DNA of 64,000 bases, taken from IMG/VR virus record IMGVR_UViG_3300045973_000529, positions 1 to 64,000 of that record; one strand, 5' to 3'. Below are positions 54,294 to 62,896 of the stretch, one piece after another (the first letter of the stretch is position 1; the number at the start of each line of letters is the position of its first letter). The position numbers were made by a program, and so were the translations under genes. The stretch comes from a virus. The notes beneath the pieces were generated by a model that searched no databases, was not told where the DNA came from, and saw only the letters and a program-made list of their open reading frames with translations.

Positions 54294-54940
54294 GCTGGGT
54301 CACCCATTTGTCCAGTGTCGATACGCACCGTTGGGGAAGGTGCAACAGGATCAGAGAAGACAAGCTGCTTTCCGCGCAACATCACATTCCCCTTGTGCAG
54401 ATCTAGATTGTTCACACCGTACGAGAGGATGTGCTTCCACATCTCGACGAAGTACTTGTCGCCCTTGCCAAGTTTGAAGGCCTGCTTCACGGCCGAGGTG
54501 ATGACGTACATGTCAGCTGTGTCGATGCCATCGGCCAGCTGATCAATGATCTCTTCCTCGTCATCATCGCTCGCGTCCAACCCGAGGGCCTTCACGAAGG
54601 CAGCGGTGTAGACCTTCTCCGTCTTGATTGGCGTCATCTTCTGCATGAACACGATGTGGTACGTCTTGATCTTGGCGCCTGGATCAGGATTCTGGTACTC
54701 AACTTGCTCAATGATCTCTGGCACGTACGGATTGTTCTGATGCTGCAAGCACCACTGCACGTACTTGGCGAACAGCTTGTCCTTGCCGGAGTAGACCTTG
54801 GTTACCACATTATGAAACTGTGGATGCTGGAAGACCTGGGAGAACGCGCCTCCACCAAGCTTCTTGATCTTCTCTTTCGTGACGAGCCGCTTCAGGTAGT
54901 CTTCGAGCGACTCTTCACGCAGCAGTTGAGCAACTTTCAT
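54290..54940 (-). CDS. T7 gp0.7-like Ser/Thr protein kinase
   Basis: LGGGAFSQVFQHP...VTKV, LDLHKGNVM, FSDPV versus T7 LGNGHFSAAYSHP...VIKV, FDMHSGNIM, ITDPV (from memory). Confidence 0.82.
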   Translation of the reverse strand: MKVAQLLREESLEDYLKRLVTKEKIKKLGGGAFSQVFQHPQFHNVVTKVYSGKDKLFAKYVQWCLQHQNNPYVPEIIEQVEYQNPDPGAKIKTYHIVFMQKMTPIKTEKVYTAAFVKALGLDASDDDEEEIIDQLADGIDTADMYVITSAVKQAFKLGKGDKYFVEMWKHILSYGVNNLDLHKGNVMLRGKQLVFSDPVAPSPTVRIDTGQMGDPA

Positions 54941-54961
54941 TGACGATTCCTCTGTGATGGG

Positions 54962-54969
54962 CTATTTAC
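54962..54969 (-). promoter_or_regulatory. late-promoter-like motif GTAAATAG
   Basis: Followed by CCC as in three other copies; upstream of the kinase pair. Confidence 0.62.
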
Positions 54970-54970
54970 C

Positions 54971-55014
54971 CGTTACAGATTCGCGTTGTACTTTCTCAGG
55001 GACGGTGATAAGAT
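54971..55014 (+). promoter_or_regulatory. CGTTACAGAT..TTGTAC-N17-TAAGAT promoter, leaderless
   Basis: ATG 55022 lies 7 nt after the -10 box. Confidence 0.65.
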
Positions 55015-55021
55015 GCTGAGC

Positions 55022-55276
55022 ATGAACATCGTCTCCCACTCCGATCCCAAGGCTGCCCTCGCCTGGTCCAAGATCCCCATCGGGATCGATGCCTGGAAGG
55101 CGAACTGCCTTGCCTCCAGCCATGTCCGCGAAGGCGACACGCTGCACTTCAACACCGACGCCTACAACGTCGTCTCCGCCTGGATCGACGGCACCTCGGT
55201 CTGCCTCGGGTACTTCTTCATCGACGGCGACGAGCGCAGCAAGATCGTCTCGGGCGCTGGCTGGAACCACCTCTGA
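55022..55276 (+). CDS. hypothetical protein
   Basis: Start chosen from promoter spacing. Confidence 0.65.
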   Translation: MNIVSHSDPKAALAWSKIPIGIDAWKANCLASSHVREGDTLHFNTDAYNVVSAWIDGTSVCLGYFFIDGDERSKIVSGAGWNHL

Positions 55277-55283
55277 GGGCTGC

Positions 55284-55745
55284 ATGAAGCCAATCGTCAA
55301 AGACCTGGCCCAGTGTACTCGTAACTGGGCCGAGAAGACCCGTGACCGGGTCTGTGCCCCATCCAATCTGATGGGCATGTGCGCCATCGCCAGTGCCCAT
55401 CTTCATCGGGTGCTGGCCGACGCGGGCGTCAAGACCGTGATCGCCGCGAACAACGGGCACGTGTTCCTGCTTCTGAACGGCTGCGTGCTCGACATCACCG
55501 CCACGCAGTTCTCGCGGGAAGTTGGTGACGATGGCTACCCGGCCGTGTTCTACCGCCGACACAGCCTGATCCTCTCCGGCTGTACCGAATACCGCACTCG
55601 GTTGTGGGACAGCCATTGGCACGCGTTGCACAAGTTCACCACCGTCGAGGAGCTGAACCTGTGGCAGCGGAACTGGTCTTCCAATCAGCAAGCTGTCCAT
55701 AACTGGGATCCAATCTTCATCAAGAACCCATGGATGTACTTTTGA
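55284..55745 (+). CDS. papain/transglutaminase-fold-like protein (Cys-His-Asp)
   Basis: Start moved to ATG 55284; GMCAIAS..L...GHVFL...LDITATQF. Confidence 0.55.
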   Translation: MKPIVKDLAQCTRNWAEKTRDRVCAPSNLMGMCAIASAHLHRVLADAGVKTVIAANNGHVFLLLNGCVLDITATQFSREVGDDGYPAVFYRRHSLILSGCTEYRTRLWDSHWHALHKFTTVEELNLWQRNWSSNQQAVHNWDPIFIKNPWMYF

Positions 55746-55746
55746 T

Positions 55747-55790
55747 CGTTACAGATCTCTGATGTACAAGCTCTCGGGATGGAGTAGAAT
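55747..55790 (+). promoter_or_regulatory. CGTTACAGAT..ATGTAC-N17-TAGAAT promoter, leaderless
   Basis: Same CGTTACAGAT decamer as at 54971; ATG 55797 lies 6 nt after the -10 box. Confidence 0.65.
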
Positions 55791-55796
55791 GCACTC

Positions 55797-56069
55797 ATGA
55801 GCTACATCGACATCTCCATCAAGGGCCCGGTCGGAACCTTCACCAAGCACGTCAAGCCGCTTGGTGTCTCGACCGAGATCATCCTCAAGGTTCCCGCTTG
55901 GGACATAACCTCGGTGCGCTGCCACGGCGATGACGCTGCGCTGCGCACCATGATCCTCGATCGCTTCGACGACCAACGGGTCGCTGAGATGCACTTGGTC
56001 GCCATCCGCACGGGCGATGTTGCTCGTGTGGCCTGCAAGAACCGCACCCTCATGGAGCAGCGCGCATGA
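55797..56069 (+). CDS. hypothetical protein
   Basis: First gene after the promoter. Confidence 0.7.
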   Translation: MSYIDISIKGPVGTFTKHVKPLGVSTEIILKVPAWDITSVRCHGDDAALRTMILDRFDDQRVAEMHLVAIRTGDVARVACKNRTLMEQRA

Positions 56070-56443
56070 ACGTCACGATCCAAGAAATCGACCACAACGA
56101 GTTCCACATCCTGAACAACGGCGAGCGCGTGTTCGTCGTCGAGCGCGAGCACCTCAAGGGCGGCAAGCGCGGCTTCTGGCTCTGCAAGATGGAGACCATC
56201 ATCGGTCATCTGACCGTGATGCGTGATCAGTACAGCAACGACATCCTCGAGCGCGCCAAGGCGCACATCTCCGGTGCCGTGCCGTTCGGTCCATGGCGGT
56301 TCCGCAAGGACTGCGCCAAGAACGAGTTCCTCTGGCACAACCACGAGTGGCTCGCCGATCTCGCCTTCCAGTTCGGCGGCGAGTGGACGTCTGAGTACTT
56401 CGACTGGGAAGACCGAGCAATCCTGATCCAGAAGGTGGCATGA
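56066..56443 (+). CDS. hypothetical protein
   Basis: ATGA overlaps. Confidence 0.7.
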   Translation: MNVTIQEIDHNEFHILNNGERVFVVEREHLKGGKRGFWLCKMETIIGHLTVMRDQYSNDILERAKAHISGAVPFGPWRFRKDCAKNEFLWHNHEWLADLAFQFGGEWTSEYFDWEDRAILIQKVA

Positions 56444-56751
56444 TGCGACTTCTACTGTGCTATTCCGACGGTGACCAATGCACGTGGTCGGCTGACTTCG
56501 TGCTGCCCATCGAGTACGAGTCTGCCGAGGCCGCGATCGTCGATTTCGAGGCGGCCTGCATGGCGGCCGTCAAGGAGAACGACTGGCGCCGGGCTGGTGA
56601 GTTCGTCTTCTGCGGCCACACCCTGAACGCTGACACGTTCTGGTTCACGGACCGCATGTGCGACCCGCGTGATCGCAAGCCGCATGCGTTCTACCCACCG
56701 GACTTCTACACCATCGACGAGTTCTTCGAACTCCGTAAGGGTCAATCATGA
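56440..56751 (+). CDS. hypothetical protein
   Basis: ATGA overlaps. Confidence 0.7.
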   Translation: MMRLLLCYSDGDQCTWSADFVLPIEYESAEAAIVDFEAACMAAVKENDWRRAGEFVFCGHTLNADTFWFTDRMCDPRDRKPHAFYPPDFYTIDEFFELRKGQS

Positions 56752-56984
56752 AACGCGTTCTGTTCTGGGCGGCGTTCCTGCCGCTCGCGGTCCTGCTCAT
56801 GGTGAGCGGGTTCGTCACGATGCTGTTTGTGTACCTCGGACAGCTCATGGCTGGCCTGTCCTGCGTGTACTCGCAGCTGCTCGACAACTGGGAGAACTGG
56901 TGCTATGACACGCAGGCAACCCAATGGGGCAAGCAGACCCTGAAGGACGCCTTCCTGTTCGGGTGGGAAAGCCACCATGGCTGA
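56748..56984 (+). CDS. small membrane protein
   Basis: Long hydrophobic N-terminal half. Confidence 0.65.
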   Translation: MKRVLFWAAFLPLAVLLMVSGFVTMLFVYLGQLMAGLSCVYSQLLDNWENWCYDTQATQWGKQTLKDAFLFGWESHHG

Positions 56985-57417
56985 ACTCCTGCAGATCCTG
57001 TTCCTGGCGGCAATCCAGTTCAGCGGTCTGCAAGGTGTTCAACCGCCAGTGGCGGCGCTGCATCACCATGAGATGATGCTCCAGGTCTGTGCTGATCTGG
57101 CACAAACGCCGGACTACCAGGACTGCGTGAACCAACATGGGCTGGTCGCGGCGTACATCATTGAGCAGCATCGAGTCGTCTACGACATGGACAACTTGAA
57201 TCTGAACGATGACACGGACAACTCATACGTGGTGCATGAGTTCACGCACTCGCTCCAAGCTCAGACCCATGGTGACGGCATCTTCACGACCTGCGAGGGG
57301 GTCTTTGCAGCCGAGAAGGAAGCGTACTTCGTGCAGCAGAAGTACCTGAAATCGCGATCCCAATTTCGACGCGTCGGCGATCGGCTGCGCTACATCACTT
57401 GCGAAAGTCTCAAATGA
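56977..57417 (+). CDS. zincin-like metallopeptidase with possible signal peptide
   Basis: YVVHEFTHSLQ...EKEAY. Confidence 0.65.
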   Translation: MAELLQILFLAAIQFSGLQGVQPPVAALHHHEMMLQVCADLAQTPDYQDCVNQHGLVAAYIIEQHRVVYDMDNLNLNDDTDNSYVVHEFTHSLQAQTHGDGIFTTCEGVFAAEKEAYFVQQKYLKSRSQFRRVGDRLRYITCESLK

Positions 57418-57668
57418 ACACGTACTGGTCTGATTGGCAGGCTCAAGCCCCTCGCGACTGCCCTATCTGTGAGCTCGACACTGCAACCCCACGGTACACG
57501 CTGAACGTCGTGAACTACGAAACCAAGCGTGTCAGCGTCATGACATTGGGCCAGGAAGTGCTCGGTCAGCTTATGACGTTCTGCGACCGACTCGAGATGC
57601 TGTCATCACAGCGTGCCAAGGCTCGCGTCTTCAGGCTGAACAAGATGTGGTACCGAACCCAACGCTGA
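57414..57668 (+). CDS. hypothetical protein (CPIC motif)
   Basis: Start moved to ATG 57414. Confidence 0.6.
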   Translation: MNTYWSDWQAQAPRDCPICELDTATPRYTLNVVNYETKRVSVMTLGQEVLGQLMTFCDRLEMLSSQRAKARVFRLNKMWYRTQR

Positions 57669-57731
57669 CGGTCCTCGCCAGCTGGGCGAGTTACGATTGG
57701 CGTACCCTAGTTTCACAATGAGGTAGCCATC

Positions 57732-58829
57732 ATGCGCATCGGTGTTCCAAAGGAAATCAAGAACCACGAGTACCGTGTCGGTCTCACCGACGCAGCCGTT
57801 CGCGAATACGTCAAGCACCGACACGAGGTTCGCGTTCAGCGAGGCGCTGGTCGTGGTGCCAACATCTCGGACGAGGACTACGTCAACGCGGGCGCCATTT
57901 TGGTCGACACGGCTGAAGAGGTCTTCGGCATGTCGCAGATGATCGTCAAGGTCAAGGAACCTCAACCCTCCGAGATCGCGCTGTTGAACAACAGCCACAT
58001 CCTGTACACGTACCTCCATCTGGCACCTGATCGCGCCCAGACCGAAGGGCTCCTGAACTCCGGTGCCGTGTGCTTCGCGTACGAGACCTTCACCCAGCCT
58101 GGTGGTGGACTGCCGCTGTTGGCACCGATGTCCGAGGTCGCTGGTCGCATGGCGACTCAGGTCGCAGCCATGTACCTCATGAAGCCACTTGGCGGCAAAG
58201 GTGTGCTGATGGGTGGTGTCCCCGGTGTTGCCCCCGCGCACGTGGTCATTCTTGGCGCTGGCGTCGTTGGTACGAATGCGCTACAGATGGCCGTCGGTCT
58301 CGGCGCCCGTGTCACGGTGCTGGATGTGAATGTCCCGCGGCTCCGTCAGCTGGACCAGATCTACGGCAATCGCATCACTGCGCTGTACTCGACTGAGCAG
58401 TCCCGTCGTACCTGCATGATGGCGGACGCTGTCATCGGCGGCATTCTGCTGCCTGGTGCAGCAGCCCCGAAGCTCGTGACGGCCGACATGGTCGAGTTCA
58501 TGCAACCTGGCTCTGTGCTCGTGGACGTCGCCATCGATCAAGGCGGTTGCTTCGAGACCAGCCACGCAACGACGCACCAGGACCCGGTGTACATGGTGAA
58601 CGATGTCGTGCACTACTGCGTCGCGAACATGCCTGGTGCGTACGCTCGAACAAGCACCTATGCGCTGAACAACGCTACGCTTCAATACGGCCTCGAGATC
58701 GCGAGCTCTGGCTGGCGCGAGGCCATCAAGAACGAGCACATCAAGGCTGGGCTGAATGTCCAACAAGGCATCCTCACCTGCCGCGGCGTCGCCGATGCTT
58801 TCCCTGATCTTTGTTTTGTGGAGATTTGA
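57732..58829 (+). CDS. ald: alanine dehydrogenase
   Basis: MRIGVPKEIKNHEYRVGLT, KVKEP, YLHLA, LLAPMSEVAGR, GAGVVG, DVAIDQGGCFETS, YCVANMPGA. Confidence 0.95.
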   Translation: MRIGVPKEIKNHEYRVGLTDAAVREYVKHRHEVRVQRGAGRGANISDEDYVNAGAILVDTAEEVFGMSQMIVKVKEPQPSEIALLNNSHILYTYLHLAPDRAQTEGLLNSGAVCFAYETFTQPGGGLPLLAPMSEVAGRMATQVAAMYLMKPLGGKGVLMGGVPGVAPAHVVILGAGVVGTNALQMAVGLGARVTVLDVNVPRLRQLDQIYGNRITALYSTEQSRRTCMMADAVIGGILLPGAAAPKLVTADMVEFMQPGSVLVDVAIDQGGCFETSHATTHQDPVYMVNDVVHYCVANMPGAYARTSTYALNNATLQYGLEIASSGWREAIKNEHIKAGLNVQQGILTCRGVADAFPDLCFVEI

Positions 58830-59111
58830 ATGACAAGCCCAACTGTTGCTTACATCGTCGAGATGACCGAGTACGAACGTGGTTGGGGCAGCCGGCCCGA
58901 TGGTTATCTCGCGTTCCCAACCGAAGCCGATGCCAAGGCGTACGTCACCAAGGAAACGGCGGAGCGGTCAATCCACAACGTGCCAGACGAGTACATCGCA
59001 TTCTCGATGGTCGGGTACAGGGAGTGCTCGCCGCGCATCATCGAGTCGATGGCGAATAGCGGCTGCCGCGGGTTCACGTACATCGATCGTCTCGATGAGC
59101 TGAAGACCTGA
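58830..59111 (+). CDS. hypothetical phage protein
   Basis: EYERGWGSRPDG motif. Confidence 0.7.
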   Translation: MTSPTVAYIVEMTEYERGWGSRPDGYLAFPTEADAKAYVTKETAERSIHNVPDEYIAFSMVGYRECSPRIIESMANSGCRGFTYIDRLDELKT

Positions 59112-59125
59112 TCGGTCGGAAACGC

Positions 59126-59131
59126 TATAAT
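59126..59131 (+). promoter_or_regulatory. perfect -10 box TATAAT, leaderless topoisomerase transcript
   Basis: ATG 59139 lies 7 nt downstream; no SD in between. Confidence 0.55.
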
Positions 59132-59138
59132 AGCACCC

Positions 59139-61028
59139 ATGACAAAAGCAATCATTCAAACCTACCAGGTGCTCGACGAAATCGAGCACGTGCGCAAGCG
59201 CACTGGCATGTACGCAGGCTCGACTGAGCTCACCGTCGCGTTGGAGTGGGTGTACGACCCAATGTCCAAGAAGATGGTGAAACGGCAGGTGTCGTACATC
59301 CCGGCACTCGTGAAGATCTTTTCGGAGATCCTGGACAACGCGATCGACGAACACCGCCGCGCGCCCAAGGTTCTGGACACCATCAGGATCGAGTTCGATC
59401 AAGACGGCACGATCAGCGTCATGGACAACGGCCGCGGCATCCCCGTCGAAATCCACCCGCAGACGAAGAAGTACGTCGCTGAGACTGTGTTCTCCAATCT
59501 TCGCGCTGGCTCGAACTTCAACGATGCTGAGGACCAGCAACTCATCGGCACGAACGGCGTCGGCTCGACACTGACGAACATCCTCTCGACGCGGTTCCAC
59601 GTCGAATCGTGCGACGGCAAGAAGCTCCTGAAGCAGGACTTCCTGAATGGCATGCGCGAGCGGACCGAACCGAAGATCACGCCGCACACGAAGAACTACA
59701 CCAAGATCTCGTTTGCTCCGGACTACGCGTTCTTCAAGCTCCAAGGGCTCGATGCCGATCACGTGCTGAAGATGACGAAGAAGATCGCGGACGCGAGTGC
59801 CTGCAACCCAGGTGTGAAGTTCTTTGTGAACGGCGAGCGCATCAACGTCAAGGACTTTGGCGACTACATCGCGCTCTATGCTGATGAGTACGTGTACGAC
59901 GACACCGAGGACTGGAAGGTCGGGGTCTCGTTCTCTGACGGCTTCGAGCAGGTCAGCTTCGTGAACTCGGTCGAGACGTACCAGGGCGGCACGCACGTGT
60001 TCTACGTGATGGACCAAATCACCGACGCGGTGCGTGAGTACATCAAGAAGAAGCACAAGATCGAGGTCAAGCCAGCCGACATCCGTGGTCACATGCGGGT
60101 CTACATCAGCGCGAACATCAATCGCCCGAAGTTCTCGAGCCAGACCAAGGAGAACATGATCAGTCAACCAGGCACGTACAAGACAGCTTGGGCTGTGCCT
60201 GACATCATGATCAAGAAGCTCATCAAGTCGCCCATCATCCAGCAGGTGCTGGACTGGGTCGAGATGAAGGCCAAGGCGGCCGAGCTGGCAGAGTTGCGCA
60301 AGCTGAACAAGGAAGCGTCGAAGACGAATCCAAAGCGGGTTGACAAGTTCGACGACGCGGTCGAGAAGCGCAATCGCCATCTGTGTGAGTGCTACTTCAC
60401 GGAAGGTGACTCAGCTCGGAACTCGATCCAGTCAGCTCGTGGCAAGAACCAGCTCATCGGTTCCTTCAGTCTGCGCGGCAAGCCGATGAACGTGTACGAT
60501 GCCGAGATCAAGGACGTGATCGGGAACCGCGAGTTCGCGAACATCCTCGCGATCACCGGCCTGCAGCTCGGTGAGAAGGTCACGAGCGTCACTCAGCTCC
60601 GCTTCGGCAAGCTCGTGGTGCTCAGCGATCAGGACTTGGACGGGTTCCACGTCACCTCGTTGGTCCTGAGCTTCTGGGCAAAGTACTGGCCTGAGCTGTA
60701 TGAGCTTGGCGTCGTGTACCGCATGAACACGCCGTTGTACATCGCCACAACGACCAAGGGCGAGGTGTTCGAGTTCTTCACCGAAGAGGAATACCACACC
60801 TGGTCCCTCAAGGCACCGAAGCATAAGGCCGAGTACTACAAGGGACTGGGCGGCTTCGACACCGAGGTCTTCGAGCGGTTCCTGACGAATCGGGACCGGT
60901 ACCTCGTGCGCATCACAACACTCGAGGCTGCTGATCTGGCGAAGTTCGAACTGGCATTCAGCAACACAGAACAAGACGCTCGGAAGGACTGGCTCCAGGA
61001 TGTGCGATACTTCCACGGTCAAGACTGA
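59139..61028 (+). CDS. type II DNA topoisomerase, ATPase/TOPRIM subunit (T4 gp39+60-like)
   Basis: EHVRKRTGMY, EILDNAID, DNGRGIP, GTNGVG, EGDSA, LRGK, DQDLDG, YYKGLG. Confidence 0.95.
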   Translation: MTKAIIQTYQVLDEIEHVRKRTGMYAGSTELTVALEWVYDPMSKKMVKRQVSYIPALVKIFSEILDNAIDEHRRAPKVLDTIRIEFDQDGTISVMDNGRGIPVEIHPQTKKYVAETVFSNLRAGSNFNDAEDQQLIGTNGVGSTLTNILSTRFHVESCDGKKLLKQDFLNGMRERTEPKITPHTKNYTKISFAPDYAFFKLQGLDADHVLKMTKKIADASACNPGVKFFVNGERINVKDFGDYIALYADEYVYDDTEDWKVGVSFSDGFEQVSFVNSVETYQGGTHVFYVMDQITDAVREYIKKKHKIEVKPADIRGHMRVYISANINRPKFSSQTKENMISQPGTYKTAWAVPDIMIKKLIKSPIIQQVLDWVEMKAKAAELAELRKLNKEASKTNPKRVDKFDDAVEKRNRHLCECYFTEGDSARNSIQSARGKNQLIGSFSLRGKPMNVYDAEIKDVIGNREFANILAITGLQLGEKVTSVTQLRFGKLVVLSDQDLDGFHVTSLVLSFWAKYWPELYELGVVYRMNTPLYIATTTKGEVFEFFTEEEYHTWSLKAPKHKAEYYKGLGGFDTEVFERFLTNRDRYLVRITTLEAADLAKFELAFSNTEQDARKDWLQDVRYFHGQD

Positions 61029-61041
61029 GGTACAATGAACT

Positions 61042-62379
61042 ATGCAAGACAATACTCTCACCGCCTCGCAGTTCATTGACGACAAGCTGCGCCTGTACTC
61101 AGCGCACTCGAACGTCCGCGGCATTCCGTTCATCGGCGACGGCTTCAAGCAGTCGCACCGCAAGGCGCTCGACGGCATGATGCGTCGCGGCGAGAATGCA
61201 GGGTTCGACACCGTCGAGCGCATTGCAGCCGCAGCGGCTTCAGTCACCGATTACCACCACGGCGTCGGCTCCCTGGAAGGCACCATCGTTGGCATGGCTC
61301 AGTCGTTCGCTGGTTCGAACAATCTGCCAATCTTCGAAGCGTTCGGCCAGTTCGGCAATCGGCTGAACCGCAAGCCATCGGCATCGCGGTACATCAAGAC
61401 TAAGCTCGCTCCGATCTTCCGTCAGCTGTTCCGCAAGGAAGACGATCTGATCTTCGAGCGGAACGACTCGAACGGTCTGAAGGTCGAGCCGAAGTACTTC
61501 ACCCCGATTCTGCCGATGGTGTTGGTGAACGGTGCCGAGGGCATGGGCACGGGTCACTCGTGCTACATTCTGTCGTACAACCCTGAGGACCTGCGCGCCG
61601 CGATTCTGAAGGTGCTCGATGGCAAGAACCTGAAGCCGAACAGCTTGACCCCATGGTGGCGCGGCTTCAACGGCACCGTGACCCGTGACAAGATCAGCGG
61701 TCAGGTCATCATCGAGGGCAAGTACGAGATCAAGCCGGGTCGGACCCCAACGATCGTCGTCACTGAGCTGCCGATCGGTGCCCAGAGCGACGGGTACAAG
61801 GAGCACCTCCAGAAGCTCGAGGACCGGGAGGTCGTGCTCGATCACGACAATCTGTCCGACAAGAAGGGTTTCGAGTTCATCGTACGGGTCCCTAGAACCA
61901 CCCTCGGTAAGACGGACGAGGAGCTTAAGAAACTATTCAAGCTCGTTTCCCGGGAGTCCGAGAACCTCACCGTGTGGAACGGAGATGGTATCCTGACACG
62001 TTATGAGAATGTCGAGTCACTTCTCGTCGATTTCGTGAAGTGGCGGCTCGATCGTTACGAAGACCGTCGTCAGGCCCTGATCAAGAAGGTGCAAGCCGAC
62101 ATCGCCTGGGCGAACCTCAAGGTGCGCTTCATCAAGTTCTACCTGACGAACTACAAGTTCTTCCGTGACACCGGGAACAAGGAGCTTGCAGCTCGCCTCG
62201 TCGCTGAAGGGTTCGAGCGGCACGACGAACTGCTCAGCATGCCGATGCGGAACCTGACGCACGACAAGATCGCCGAGCTCGAGAAGGACGTCGAGGATCT
62301 GAAGGTTCAGCTCAAGAGCCTGCAGTCAGATGACGCGGTGAGCATGTACCGTCGCGAACTGAAGGAGCTGAAGCTGTGA
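61042..62379 (+). CDS. type II DNA topoisomerase, breakage-reunion subunit (T4 gp52-like)
   Basis: IP...DGFK...RK, YHHG..S, GQFG, SASRY, P.VLVNG..G.GTG. Confidence 0.95.
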   Translation: MQDNTLTASQFIDDKLRLYSAHSNVRGIPFIGDGFKQSHRKALDGMMRRGENAGFDTVERIAAAAASVTDYHHGVGSLEGTIVGMAQSFAGSNNLPIFEAFGQFGNRLNRKPSASRYIKTKLAPIFRQLFRKEDDLIFERNDSNGLKVEPKYFTPILPMVLVNGAEGMGTGHSCYILSYNPEDLRAAILKVLDGKNLKPNSLTPWWRGFNGTVTRDKISGQVIIEGKYEIKPGRTPTIVVTELPIGAQSDGYKEHLQKLEDREVVLDHDNLSDKKGFEFIVRVPRTTLGKTDEELKKLFKLVSRESENLTVWNGDGILTRYENVESLLVDFVKWRLDRYEDRRQALIKKVQADIAWANLKVRFIKFYLTNYKFFRDTGNKELAARLVAEGFERHDELLSMPMRNLTHDKIAELEKDVEDLKVQLKSLQSDDAVSMYRRELKELKL

Positions 62380-62630
62380 TCATCGCCTCGCGAACTGAAC
62401 CAGTTGCACCAACGGAGCTGGCTGACATCATTGCGCTAGCTGAGATCACGATCAAGATCATCGTGGATCGATCAGTAGATCCACCCGAGGTCCGTGTCAT
62501 GCGGCAGCAGCCGGGTCGGCAGATGGATCTGCTTATGATCAATCCAAGCGATGAAGAAGTACTGTCGCTTGTTGATCTGGCGCAGATCCTCGATCGACTT
62601 GGCTTCCCAGTCGATTACGAGGAGATGTAA
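62376..62630 (+). CDS. hypothetical protein
   Basis: GTG start overlaps the upstream TGA. Confidence 0.6.
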   Translation: MIIASRTEPVAPTELADIIALAEITIKIIVDRSVDPPEVRVMRQQPGRQMDLLMINPSDEEVLSLVDLAQILDRLGFPVDYEEM

Positions 62631-62896
62631 TGCACTCTGGCCGCTCGCATCCGTACTACTTGACGTTCGTGGTGTACCACCCAACTGCGGGTGGTGCCCC
62701 CAACGTTCAAGACTTCATGTTCACGGAAGTGGAGCGAGCAACCGAGTGGCTTGCAGAACAGTTCTTCGAAGGTATGCAATGCATCGCCTTGGCTGATGGT
62801 CGAGTAAACCCTGGGCTACCGGTGCAGAAGGACTTCGTTGATCAGGTGGTCAAGAATGCGCGGTCACGCGCGGAGTTCGATCGTGGCAATCTATGA
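62630..62896 (+). CDS. hypothetical protein
   Basis: TAATG coupling; GGAG RBS. Confidence 0.65.
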   Translation: MHSGRSHPYYLTFVVYHPTAGGAPNVQDFMFTEVERATEWLAEQFFEGMQCIALADGRVNPGLPVQKDFVDQVVKNARSRAEFDRGNL

